A stretch of 64,000 nucleotides of DNA, taken from the NCBI GenBank assembly GCA_963796105.1, contig CAWCKJ010000012.1:32001-96000 (forward strand), in the 5' to 3' direction. Below the pieces are notes generated by a model. That model worked only from the letters and a program-made list of their open reading frames with translations. It was not told the origin of the DNA and ran no database searches. This stretch comes from a candidate division FCPU426 bacterium (lineage in GTDB: Bacteria; Oederibacteriota; Muellerivitia; Muellerivitales; Muellerivitaceae). Positions 9,692 to 19,142 of the stretch are shown here, in pieces; positions within the stretch are counted from its first letter, which is position 1; every line of letters begins with the position of its first letter. A program made the position numbers and the translations under genes.

Positions 9692-10639
9692 TCAAATCGA
9701 TTCTTCCAAGGACGTGCAGTAGGGAATAAGTTCCTCCCGAAGCTTCTTATCTTTCCGCATCCTAAAAAACAGAAATAGATACTCCCCCGCCAAACCGCAA
9801 TGCTCCCCGAAGTATATTCTCGCTTTATCAACCATCTTCGCGTACTGAATCGCTGTCAAGTTTTCCGCGCCCCAGGAAGAACGCCGGAAGGAGGGGAAAA
9901 TACTTTTCATGGCCCTGAATACCCACCGGTCCACAGGGAAAGCGGAGGATTGTTCCATGGAAAACAGCAGGATACAGTCGGCGATTTTGGGCCCGATGCC
10001 GTCCAAACCCATTAATATCTTCTTGGCCTCGTCACAAGGAAGATCCCTCAGCTTTTCAAGATCGACAGACCCTTTTAGGACAGCCCGGGATAACCGGATA
10101 ATCCGGCTCGCCCGGGCCCTGTAATTGTTGGTGAACGGCATCAAATCTCCGGGTGAATAGAGGGCCAGATCAGCGGGCTCCGGAAAAGAATGACGGTTTT
10201 CCACCCCCTCAAGCGGTTTACCGAGTTCCCGGCAAAATTTGCGCAAAGCATGCCGGATGACTTTCACGGATAAACCCTGAGCGAACATATAAGAGACCGT
10301 GCACTCCCAAGGCTCTTGACGGAGAAGGCGCAAACCTTTCAAAGCCCTCAGGGGTTGAGCTAGGATGGGTAAGGCGCTCATCCCCTCCAGTTCTTTTTGT
10401 CCATCCGCCTCCAAGCAAAGATAGTGACGGAGCCAATCCTCGGGGTTCATTCCCCTTACTCGGGAAACATTGCATTCCCAAACCACCTGGTTTTTTGATT
10501 GCCTGATCCTCCACCAGGCTTGTCCCGCTACCCCTTCGAACCAGCCTTGGGAATCTGGCCCTGCCCAGCGGAAGCATTGACCGCACATCAGGGTTAACGG
10601 GAGCGAAAAAGGGCCATGCCAGGTTAAGACTCCCTCCAT
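9692..10639 (-). CDS. 8-oxoguanine DNA glycosylase/AP lyase (OGG1-type, HhH-GPD)
   Basis: TLMCGQCFRW, LRLLRQEPWEC, LDGIGPKIADCILLFS and FPVD. ATG at 10639 preferred because it follows the stop of the upstream gene. Confidence 0.88.
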   Translation of the reverse strand: MEGVLTWHGPFSLPLTLMCGQCFRWAGPDSQGWFEGVAGQAWWRIRQSKNQVVWECNVSRVRGMNPEDWLRHYLCLEADGQKELEGMSALPILAQPLRALKGLRLLRQEPWECTVSYMFAQGLSVKVIRHALRKFCRELGKPLEGVENRHSFPEPADLALYSPGDLMPFTNNYRARASRIIRLSRAVLKGSVDLEKLRDLPCDEAKKILMGLDGIGPKIADCILLFSMEQSSAFPVDRWVFRAMKSIFPSFRRSSWGAENLTAIQYAKMVDKARIYFGEHCGLAGEYLFLFFRMRKDKKLREELIPYCTSLEESI

Positions 10640-10646
10640 ATGGCTT

Positions 10647-10973
10647 TTATTCCATCTTTCGATAATAAAACCATCCGGCAATGGTTAAGGCCGCCAATAG
10701 AATCAAGGCTTGAGGGCTCCATCGCCCTAAAACTAAATAGACCACTTGATCCACGGCCAGAAAGAAGCTGATTCCCCAAACAGCCTTTTTGCGCATCATC
10801 CACATGCCCCCCAAGCACAAGATCAGGAGTAATGTGGATAGGGATAAATAGGTCGGGTACCAGGACGCCACCGCCGCCGCGGGGGGCGAAATGACCACTA
10901 GAATTCTCAGGAAGCAGCCTATAAATCCAAAGGTGCAAAGAAACATTAAAGGGGTTGGGGTAGGGGGTCTCAA
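10647..10973 (-). CDS. Small integral membrane protein (about 4 TM), unknown function
   Basis: Hydrophobic 108-aa ORF directly upstream of the glycosylase on the same strand. Confidence 0.6.
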   Translation of the reverse strand: MRPPTPTPLMFLCTFGFIGCFLRILVVISPPAAAVASWYPTYLSLSTLLLILCLGGMWMMRKKAVWGISFFLAVDQVVYLVLGRWSPQALILLAALTIAGWFYYRKME

Positions 10974-11101
10974 TTTAGGATGCCTTTCTCCGTTTTAATT
11001 CGCGGTAGGGAACGGTGATTTTGCCCTAATTTTAAGAAAAAACCAAGATTCGATTTGAGAAATGCATTAAAATGCCGTTATTCAAATTACAGGGGTAAAT
11101 T

Positions 11102-12109
11102 TTGAGAAAAATAATTACGGTTTTAACCATCCTTTCTGGCTTTTGCGGACTTACCGGGTGCTCAAGTTCCCCGACCACGCCGGGAGGAACTAGCGGTGCT
11201 TGGCAGGAAGCGACGGCCAATGCCTTTTCCGCGGGCCGATATGGTTTAGCCGGCACTGTATTTAACAACGCCATGTGGGCCGTCGGCGGGGCGTCAGGAA
11301 GCGGAACCACTCAATTTTACGGGGATGTCTATTCATCCGGAAGCGGATCCTCATGGACTCAAACAAAAGGTGATAATGACAATTATTTCGGTAAGAGGTA
11401 TGGGGCCCAGCTTCTTTCCTTTAACGGAAAACTTTGGCTCATCGGGGGGAATAATAAGGGAACCTTTAAAAATGATGTTTGGAATTCTTCTGACGGATCC
11501 ACATGGACCCAAGTCACCATTACCAGCCTCAACATGTTTTCGGCCCGGGAGGATTTCTCGGCGGTTGTCATGAACGGAGCCATTTATGTCATCGGCGGAT
11601 GGGACGGGGGACCTCAAAATGACGTGTGGAATTCCACCGACGGCGCTAATTGGAACCAGATCCTGCCAAGCGGGCCATCTTCCGCCACACAATTTGGGGC
11701 TCGCTGGGGTTTTCCCTCGGTGGTATACAATAATTCGATTTGGATTTTCGGCGGCGCCAAAAACGGGCCCACTCCCTCCGCCCCATTATTTGATGATGTC
11801 TGGTCCTCCCCAGACGGAATGAACTGGACTTTGGTTTCCTCGACCGGCGATCCGCTCTATTACCATCAAATGGTGGTCTATAACAACCAAATGGTTTTCT
11901 CGGGGGGAGATTGCCTGCCTTGTGAAATCTCGCCTCAATACTGGGTCTACGGAACGAGCGATTGGACCCATTACACTCAGATCACCAATTTACCAACCGC
12001 CCGATTCGGGCACTTGAGCCTATCCTACAATAATGAGATTTGGGTCATCGGGGGATGCAACAACTATAACGGGCTTGTGTACTATAACGACGTTTGGCAT
12101 CTTCCTTAA
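11102..12109 (+). CDS. Kelch/beta-propeller repeat lipoprotein
   Basis: Signal peptide with lipobox GLTGC. Repeated (W/Y)xIGG...NDVWxSxDGxxW units. Confidence 0.8.
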   Translation: MRKIITVLTILSGFCGLTGCSSSPTTPGGTSGAWQEATANAFSAGRYGLAGTVFNNAMWAVGGASGSGTTQFYGDVYSSGSGSSWTQTKGDNDNYFGKRYGAQLLSFNGKLWLIGGNNKGTFKNDVWNSSDGSTWTQVTITSLNMFSAREDFSAVVMNGAIYVIGGWDGGPQNDVWNSTDGANWNQILPSGPSSATQFGARWGFPSVVYNNSIWIFGGAKNGPTPSAPLFDDVWSSPDGMNWTLVSSTGDPLYYHQMVVYNNQMVFSGGDCLPCEISPQYWVYGTSDWTHYTQITNLPTARFGHLSLSYNNEIWVIGGCNNYNGLVYYNDVWHLP

Positions 12110-12169
12110 AATCAAAACGATTTGAAAACTTTCCCCCTCAAACTAACTTGAGAATTCCTTCGCTCAAAT

Positions 12170-12352
12170 TCAGCCTCTCCGTTTCTTTTTCCGCCTCTCT
12201 TTTTTTCTCCTGGGATCCTTGATGCCCCTTGGCAAATCCTGCTGAGTCCCAGTCCATCTTCTTTCCAGTTTCCGCCGCTCCTCTTTTTTTCGATCCTCAA
12301 TCGGCGAATCCATCAAGTTTAACTTGATTAATAATTTCCGAAGCCAGCCCAT
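12170..12352 (-). CDS. Small basic protein with repeated ERR/DR motifs
   Basis: 60 aa, AAGGAG RBS upstream, EDRKKEERRKLERR...DPRRKKERR. Confidence 0.55.
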   Translation of the reverse strand: MGWLRKLLIKLNLMDSPIEDRKKEERRKLERRWTGTQQDLPRGIKDPRRKKERRKKKRRG

Positions 12353-12649
12353 TTCAACTCCTTCAACGCGAAGTAAACGTTAGATAAAAAGAGCTTTTAT
12401 TTATTAAACGATATTATCTTTTCCACCCCGTCGATTCTTTTGTTTTTTCGGTGACACTTTCAATCCGCTCAAAATGCGACCCTTTAGTTATTTTCAGTCA
12501 AATTCTAATATTTTTCAGTAATATAAACCTTCTCTTCCCCCCTGCTCCCACAAAGCAAGATCGAAAACCTCTTATATTATGTTAAAGTTATACGGCATAA
12601 AATGAACAAGGGTCTTTATACCTTACTTTTCAATGTTTCAGGAGGCGCC

Positions 12650-12985
12650 ATGACGGAATCTCGCTATCTCAAACTGACCGGAAATTATTACTTCGACCCC
12701 ATTCGGAAGGAAATCCTTAAAAAACAGGGAACGGCCTTCACATTAGTCCTCCATGACCGGCGTCGTTTTAACCAGCCGGTGGGCAAGGACCGGCGAAGCC
12801 GGTTTGAGTCCCTTCCCATTCACTTGAAACCCATGTCCCAGGGTCTTTTTTGGGATGAGGAAAACCAGAATGTGTACCGCAATATCAGGGGAAACTTTGT
12901 TCTCTATTCCAGGGACCGACGGAAAGTGCTCAGCGGAAGCCCCACAGGCCAGAACCGCAGGAACCAGGCCAAAAAGGTCAAGTAA
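12650..12985 (+). CDS. Small protein with internal two-fold repeat, each half ending in DRR-x-(D/N)RR
   Basis: GGAGG RBS before ATG 12650. Halves YYFDPIRKEI...FTLVLHDRR...KDRR and LFWDEENQNV...FVLYSRDRR...QNRR. Confidence 0.7.
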   Translation: MTESRYLKLTGNYYFDPIRKEILKKQGTAFTLVLHDRRRFNQPVGKDRRSRFESLPIHLKPMSQGLFWDEENQNVYRNIRGNFVLYSRDRRKVLSGSPTGQNRRNQAKKVK

Positions 12986-13044
12986 TCCTTAAGCAAAATC
13001 GGGGGAGCATTCCTGATCGGGTTGATTGGGTGCTTATAATCACA

Positions 13045-13881
13045 TTACCCATTAAGCATGATAAAAGCCCCGATCCGGCCTGTAGCCTGTCTGGCGGAGG
13101 CTTCAGCGCGGTGGGAATAAAATAGTTCGATATTCTCAATGGTGCATAGATTAGGGCGGATTAAATTTTCCGGCTTCATGCCTAAATCGACGAGATGACG
13201 GGCGTTCACTTCCACGAGATCCAGCATCCATTTGTTTTCTCCGCGTTTACTCAGCACTTCCCCGCTCCAGGGAAATACTTTCTCCAGTTCATTTTTCACG
13301 CTTTCCCCCACCTCATAACAGCAGGGCCCGATGCAGGGCCCAAAAGCCACTCGGACTTCGGCGGGCCGGCTGCCATAGGCCTCTACCATGGCCGTCAAGG
13401 TACAGGCGGCCACAAGGTTTGCCGTGCCCCTCCACCCCGCGTGGGCCAGACCGACCGCCTTATGGACAGGATCGTAGAAAAACACCGGGAGGCAATCCGC
13501 GACGAAAATCGCCAGTGGAATTTCAGGCTCTGAGGTGATCAGGCCGTCCCCATCTCCCAGGGGTTCCCCTGATTTGGGCAAATGGGCAAGGTTGACTTTA
13601 AGAACTTTGTTCCCGTGGACCTGGTTGATGTGGGCCATCCGGTTGAAGTCCATTTCAAGGGAATAGGAAAGAAGAATACGGTTCTCCTCCACATTTACAG
13701 GATCATCCCCAACCTTGTAACTCAGGTTGAGGGAACGAAAAGGTCTGGGACTGACGCCGCCCAGGCGGGTCGATACGGCGTGTTTTACGGCCTTGGGGTC
13801 GGCTAAGCGCGGAAAGGAAAGAGTGACAATTCCTCCCTTTTCGGTTTTAACGGCCTCAGCGCCGAGCTTGACGGTTTTCAA
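13045..13881 (-). CDS. pgeF: Peptidoglycan editing factor PgeF / YfiH family
   Basis: STRLGGVS, SLNLS, NQVHG, DGLIT, VADCLPV, AHAGWRG, GPCIGPCCYEVG and FYSHR motifs. Confidence 0.92.
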   Translation of the reverse strand: MKTVKLGAEAVKTEKGGIVTLSFPRLADPKAVKHAVSTRLGGVSPRPFRSLNLSYKVGDDPVNVEENRILLSYSLEMDFNRMAHINQVHGNKVLKVNLAHLPKSGEPLGDGDGLITSEPEIPLAIFVADCLPVFFYDPVHKAVGLAHAGWRGTANLVAACTLTAMVEAYGSRPAEVRVAFGPCIGPCCYEVGESVKNELEKVFPWSGEVLSKRGENKWMLDLVEVNARHLVDLGMKPENLIRPNLCTIENIELFYSHRAEASARQATGRIGAFIMLNG

Positions 13882-15295
13882 GATTCACCTCCACTTTTCC
13901 CTCAACTAGGTCCCGGTAATCCAGTATTCCGTCGGCAATTGCGCTCGCGATCTGATCCTTCCAATAGGAATTCCTGAGTTTCGTTTCTTCCTTTTGGTTG
14001 CTGATGAAAGCTGTTTCAATCAGGATGGAAGGCATATCCACCCGGCAAAGGACATAAAAAGGAGCCTCTTGAACCCGGCGCAATTGTTGACCGAGCCTTT
14101 TTTTTATTTGCCCCTCAACTAAATCAGCCAAAGTGAAACTACACCGGGTGTATTTTCGATGGTGAAGGTCAGTCAGAATGGAATCCATATAACCCCTCCT
14201 TCCATTTTCCCGTCTTGCCGCTCCTGCCGCGAAATTATTGGAGGGTTTCAAGCCGTAAACATAGGTCTCGGTGCCGGTTGCCCTGCTGTGTCGGTTGGAA
14301 TTGCAATGAATGGATACGAACAGATCGGCGTTGTGGCTGTTGGCAAAATCCGTTCTGCCTTTGAGAGTGACGTAATAATCGGCTGACCTGGTCATGTATA
14401 CCTGCAATTTTTCGTCTTTTTTCAATAGATCCGCGACACGTTTGGCGATGTCCAAGGTAGCCTGTTTCTCGCAATAGTTTCTGTCAAAACCCCTGGCGCC
14501 GATGTCTCGTCCCCCGTGCCCAGGATCTATGACGATTCGTCGAACCCGATAATCCTGGTTGGCCGGGGGTTTTTCCACCTCGTTATTTTCCTGTGCCGGG
14601 GAAGGCGGAACGACCGTTGAGGAATTACCCTCATTCGTTTGATTTCCCGGTGGCGCTGGACCGCCAATGGGATTCGAATTGACCACCGCTTCAGTGGATG
14701 GAATGACCGGGGAAGAGATCGAGCTGGCCCCAGGTTTTTCCCTTCCGTGAGCCAGGATTTCCTCTCGGATCTCGTTTTGTGGGATTCCGCCGACCACCAG
14801 TGCCTGTTGGTCCGGCTCCCAACGGGCAAAAACGTTCAAGACCGCCATCAGGACATCCACAGCCGCCTCGGGCGGAATACCCAGTTGGCCTGATACCACC
14901 TCGGCAGGCTCCATGGGAAAGGAACTTATGGGATCACCAGTCAAAAAGACGGGTTGGGAAAGGACGGTTTTTATCTGGCTTTTCCCCTTTCCGAGGGTGA
15001 TCCGCCTGGTTTGCGAGTCGAAATTCACCTGAATGCCATAAAACTGGGCGACATCCATGAGGGGTAAATAGACATTTCCATTCATGTCTTTTAGGATCGC
15101 AACTTCGGCTTGGTCAGCCCGGTAGGTGTACTTAAGAACCGCATTTTGCGCCTCATCCGAACTAACAGGCGCAATCCAAAGAAACCCTCCCATCGAGAAC
15201 AGAAACATCGTGAGCGAATAAATGGATTTTCTCCAGTTTATTCCGGTTCGATTATTCCGAACACCATTGTTCCCGGTAAATCTCCTAGTAAGCAT
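13856..15295 (-). CDS. N-acetylmuramoyl-L-alanine amidase (Amidase_3) with N-terminal accessory domain
   Basis: IVIDPGHGGRD, EK, ADLFVSIHCNS and PSILIETAFISN motifs. Hydrophobic N-terminal segment. Confidence 0.9.
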   Translation of the reverse strand: MLTRRFTGNNGVRNNRTGINWRKSIYSLTMFLFSMGGFLWIAPVSSDEAQNAVLKYTYRADQAEVAILKDMNGNVYLPLMDVAQFYGIQVNFDSQTRRITLGKGKSQIKTVLSQPVFLTGDPISSFPMEPAEVVSGQLGIPPEAAVDVLMAVLNVFARWEPDQQALVVGGIPQNEIREEILAHGREKPGASSISSPVIPSTEAVVNSNPIGGPAPPGNQTNEGNSSTVVPPSPAQENNEVEKPPANQDYRVRRIVIDPGHGGRDIGARGFDRNYCEKQATLDIAKRVADLLKKDEKLQVYMTRSADYYVTLKGRTDFANSHNADLFVSIHCNSNRHSRATGTETYVYGLKPSNNFAAGAARRENGRRGYMDSILTDLHHRKYTRCSFTLADLVEGQIKKRLGQQLRRVQEAPFYVLCRVDMPSILIETAFISNQKEETKLRNSYWKDQIASAIADGILDYRDLVEGKVEVNLENRQARR

Positions 15296-16475
15296 CGTTG
15301 GTTTCTTCTTTTTGAGGCTTCAAGTTTTTATGCTTCAGCCTGAAATACCAAGAATAGATGCGCCGGTTTCCCTGCACATCTTTGGCAGTCAATATCAGCA
15401 TATGGCCTCCAGGCCGCAACTTGGCCTTCACCTGGTGGATCAAGGTTTTCGTCTGGGGATTGTAATGGAAGACCATTCGATGGTCGCCCAAATGCAAATC
15501 CAGCGAGGCAGGAACAATGTCATCTAATATTTCCGCTGATATCTTTGGAAATTCGCTCGAGATGACTTGTCCGTCGTAGGGGTAAGTCTTTTCCAAGTGC
15601 AAGACCTTATTCTCGAATATTCTCCCGAATTTTTCATGCTCCAATGGAAAAAGGACCAAATAACGCCGGAGCTTCAATGGAGGGACCGTTCTGTCATTAG
15701 GACCTCGGTTAACAGTAAAGGCCAGTTGGTAACCTTTCTCACGGGTCTTCTGAACAATGACGTCGTCATACACCCCATAGGGATAAGCCAGGGTGGTCGC
15801 TTTGTGATTGAATTTTTCGTTGATAAAAGTCAGGGGATCGCTCAACTCCTCGTCCAATAACCGGTTGAAATCCGATGCCTGTATTTTCTCCTCCTCTAAA
15901 CCCAGGTTCAGGTGGCTTTTCGTATGGGACTCCACCGCGATCCCGGCCCTCTGAAGGGCCGCGATCTCAGTGTAATGCAGGGAATCTTTCTGTCCCCGGA
16001 TAAAATCAGTGTAAAGGAAAAGGACTCCCGGATAGCCGAATTTCCGGAACACAGGATAAGCCTTGTGGTAAATACTGTTGAACCCATCGTCAAAGGTCAA
16101 AAGCACCGCTTTGTCGGGGAGGGGTTTCCCTTCAAACCAGTAGGCTTTCAACTGCTCGAGCGATATGGGCACAATCCCGTGTTCCTTCAAATACTGCATT
16201 TGCCAGCGAAATTCGGCTACCGGTAGCCTATACATTGACAGCGGTAATTTCTGCCATTCCGGATGTGAGACAAAGCGGTGGTAGCATAACACCGTGAATC
16301 CATTATCCGGAGGTTCAACAATGGGTGCTATGGCGGCAGTCGCAAGGGGCGTCTCGACCGCGGTCACCCGGGGTATAACCGGGTCCCCGCCAAGCGCCGG
16401 TAAAAAGCTTGCCAGCGCCCAAACTGCCATGGCCCTTGTAATAACTCCAAATGGGGTCCGCCTATCACCCGGCAT
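15285..16475 (-). CDS. Polysaccharide deacetylase (CE4/NodB, PgaB-IcaB-like) with C-terminal Ig-like domain
   Basis: VLCYHRF, LLTFDDG, ESHTKSH and LAYPYG motifs. Signal-peptide-like N-terminus. Confidence 0.88.
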   Translation of the reverse strand: MPGDRRTPFGVITRAMAVWALASFLPALGGDPVIPRVTAVETPLATAAIAPIVEPPDNGFTVLCYHRFVSHPEWQKLPLSMYRLPVAEFRWQMQYLKEHGIVPISLEQLKAYWFEGKPLPDKAVLLTFDDGFNSIYHKAYPVFRKFGYPGVLFLYTDFIRGQKDSLHYTEIAALQRAGIAVESHTKSHLNLGLEEEKIQASDFNRLLDEELSDPLTFINEKFNHKATTLAYPYGVYDDVIVQKTREKGYQLAFTVNRGPNDRTVPPLKLRRYLVLFPLEHEKFGRIFENKVLHLEKTYPYDGQVISSEFPKISAEILDDIVPASLDLHLGDHRMVFHYNPQTKTLIHQVKAKLRPGGHMLILTAKDVQGNRRIYSWYFRLKHKNLKPQKEETNDAY

Positions 16476-16534
16476 TCTTCCCGCCTTTCATCTTCAGGAT
16501 CTCCCGCCCCTTTATTCGGCGGGCATAACCTGGG

Positions 16535-17701
16535 CTAGTTGTTTTGAAACGGCTTGCTGGCTAAACGGCGGCGCAGGTAAGCCGGGATGTCATATTGTCC
16601 ATCCGACATTTTCACGGCCAATTCCCCTTCCTCTTGCTCGGCAGGAGCCGGATTGGAGGAGGATGCTTTGGCGGTATTGAAACCAGTCGTGACAAAATTC
16701 TTCAGGTCGATCACCGTCGCCATCTCGGCGGGATTCTTCGGCTGGTCGAAACCCGTCGCGATGATGGTCACCCGGATCCCGTCACGCAGGTTCTCGTCCC
16801 GGACGATGCCCGGTACGATTTCGGCTCCGGGGCGGGCGGCTTTCTGCAGGAATCCGTTGATCTGGTTGAACTCGTTCAAGGTGAAGTTGGCTCCTGCGGT
16901 CACTTGGGCGAGTACCGCGGAAGCTCCCGCGATGTCAACATCCTCCAAAAGAGGGCTATTGACGGCTTTTTGAACCGCTTTCAAGGCCCTATCCTCTCCC
17001 GTCCCATAGCCTGTACCCATGAGCACTTTACCCTTGGCGGTAAGAATTCGCTTCACGTCGGCGAAATCGCGGTTGATGATGCCCTCCGAGTGAATGACCA
17101 CCGAGATGCCCTGGATGGTCTGGACCAAAACCTCATCCACTCGCGCGAAGGCCGAGGTCAAATCCACGTCCTGCTCGCAAACCAGGTTGATGCGCTCGTT
17201 GGGAATGACCACGATGGCGTCGACATGGGGGAGCATGGCCTGGAGGCCGTCCTCCGCCTGGGCTTTCCGGACAGGCCCCTCATGCTCGAAGGGACGGCTG
17301 ACCACTCCCACCGTCAGGATATTAAGACTCTTGGAGATTTCGGCCACCACCGGCGCCGCGCCGGTCCCGGTCCCGCCGCCCATGCCGGCCGCGATAACCA
17401 CCATATCGGCCCCTTCCAGCATCTTTTTGATTTCCTCGCTGGATTCCAAGGCCGCTTCCTTTCCGATGGTCGGATTCCCGCCCGAACCCAAGCCCTTGGT
17501 CAGGTTCTTGCCCAACTGGATCTTTTTGGATCCCTTGGACCTCCTGAGCGATTTGTAATCCGTGTTGGCCGCGATGCACTCCACTCCCTCAATCCCGGCC
17601 TCGATCATTTTATTGACGGCGTTGCAACCGCCGCCCCCGACCCCGATGACTTTCAGATGGGCCAGGTACTGCGTCACATCATCTTCCGCGAATTCAATCA
17701 T
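16535..17701 (-). CDS. ftsZ: Cell division GTPase FtsZ
   Basis: KVIGVGGGGCNAVN, GMGGGTGTG tubulin signature, DFADV, and C-terminal DIPAYLRR. Confidence 0.99.
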   Translation of the reverse strand: MIEFAEDDVTQYLAHLKVIGVGGGGCNAVNKMIEAGIEGVECIAANTDYKSLRRSKGSKKIQLGKNLTKGLGSGGNPTIGKEAALESSEEIKKMLEGADMVVIAAGMGGGTGTGAAPVVAEISKSLNILTVGVVSRPFEHEGPVRKAQAEDGLQAMLPHVDAIVVIPNERINLVCEQDVDLTSAFARVDEVLVQTIQGISVVIHSEGIINRDFADVKRILTAKGKVLMGTGYGTGEDRALKAVQKAVNSPLLEDVDIAGASAVLAQVTAGANFTLNEFNQINGFLQKAARPGAEIVPGIVRDENLRDGIRVTIIATGFDQPKNPAEMATVIDLKNFVTTGFNTAKASSSNPAPAEQEEGELAVKMSDGQYDIPAYLRRRLASKPFQNN

Positions 17702-17834
17702 CTTAATCCCCCTCTTGATCCTCGAATTTTCCTGCTGATTCCCTTAACCTTCACACGCTTCCCTTCATTTATGGTTGCCGCCGCACCTCCCCCTCGAGAT
17801 CGAATGATTCCATACCGACGATTGCTTTTAAAAT

Positions 17835-19091
17835 TTAAACCGAGTCCCCGAACCACTTCTTCATCCGGCCGAGAATGTTCTTGATGGAATCCCCACCGCC
17901 GGTAAATAGTCCAGTCCTGCGCCCGCCCGCGGCTTTTCCAGCCTGCATCCCGATCAAAACGAGGCCGACAGCCGTGGAGTAGATGGGATTGGATACCACG
18001 TCTGTGAGTCCTCCCACTCTCTTGGGCGACCCGATGCGCACCGGCAGTTGTAGGATCTTTTCCGCCAGTTCGGCGGTTCCTTCCATCAGGGAAGTCCCGC
18101 CCGTGATGACCGCTCCCGCCGGAATGCGGTCCTCGAACCCATGGCGCTTGATTTCCGCGGCGACCAGCTCGAAAATTTCCTCCATGCGGGCCTCAATGAT
18201 CTCAGAGAGGACTCTGCGAGGCATCCGGCGGTCGGGGCGCCCCCCCACTCCCGGGACGCTGATTTCCTCCTCCTCCTTTACCATGGCGGTATAGGCGCAT
18301 CCATATTGGATTTTGATGTTCTCAGCCTCGGTATTGGGTGTTCGAAGCCCCACCGCAACGTCGCTGGTCACCAGGGACCCGCCCAGGGTAATGATGCCGG
18401 TGTACCAAAGGGAGCCGTTGATGAAAATCGCGATGTCGGATGTTCCACCCCCTATATCCACCAGCATTACCCCCAGTTCCTTCTCGTCGGCGGAAAGGAT
18501 GGCCTCCGCGGAAGCCAGGGGCTGAAGGATGATGTCCGCGACGTGAATGCCCGCCCGTTCCACGCTTCGGACGATGTTCTGGACGCTGGTGACGGCGCCC
18601 GTCACGACGTGGACCTCGGATTCAAGCCTCACCCCCGACATTCCGACCGGATTCTTGATCCCATCCTGGTCGTCCACAATGTATTCCTGAGGAATGACAT
18701 GGATGATCTCCCGGTCCATGGGAATGGCGATGGCCTGGGCCGCCTCGATCACGCGCTCCCTATCCTCCTCGGAAATTTCCCTGTCCTTGCGCGAGACCGC
18801 GATGACCCCCCGGCTGTTCAATCCCTTGATATGCCCGCCCGCCACACCCGCGAACGCGGACGTGACCTCGACGCCGGCCATTCGCTCGGCGTCCGAGATG
18901 GATTTCTTGATGGAGGCGATGGTCTGATCGATGTTGACGACAGATCCCTTCTTGAGGCCCGTGGAAGGGGTCGTTCCAACCCCGATGATGTGGACTTGCC
19001 CCTCGTCGTCCTGTTCCCCGATGATGGTGCAGACCTTGGTTGTTCCCAGGTCCAGACCCACCACGATGTCCTGCTTGATTTCCTTAGCCAT
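17835..19091 (-). CDS. ftsA: Cell division protein FtsA
   Basis: VGLDLGTTKV, PVGMSGVRLE, VDIGGGTSD, ITGG and a C-terminal amphipathic KKWF helix. Confidence 0.98.
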   Translation of the reverse strand: MAKEIKQDIVVGLDLGTTKVCTIIGEQDDEGQVHIIGVGTTPSTGLKKGSVVNIDQTIASIKKSISDAERMAGVEVTSAFAGVAGGHIKGLNSRGVIAVSRKDREISEEDRERVIEAAQAIAIPMDREIIHVIPQEYIVDDQDGIKNPVGMSGVRLESEVHVVTGAVTSVQNIVRSVERAGIHVADIILQPLASAEAILSADEKELGVMLVDIGGGTSDIAIFINGSLWYTGIITLGGSLVTSDVAVGLRTPNTEAENIKIQYGCAYTAMVKEEEEISVPGVGGRPDRRMPRRVLSEIIEARMEEIFELVAAEIKRHGFEDRIPAGAVITGGTSLMEGTAELAEKILQLPVRIGSPKRVGGLTDVVSNPIYSTAVGLVLIGMQAGKAAGGRRTGLFTGGGDSIKNILGRMKKWFGDSV

Positions 19092-19142
19092 CCCGACACC
19101 CCCTAACCACAATTTAAATTTCCGAAAATCTTTTATTTATAC

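Noticed and set aside
16595..19106. Long plus-strand ORFs (429 aa, 321 aa) antisense to ftsZ and ftsA
   Set aside because: Shadow ORFs expected from high GC3 codon bias in conserved genes, with no protein motifs.
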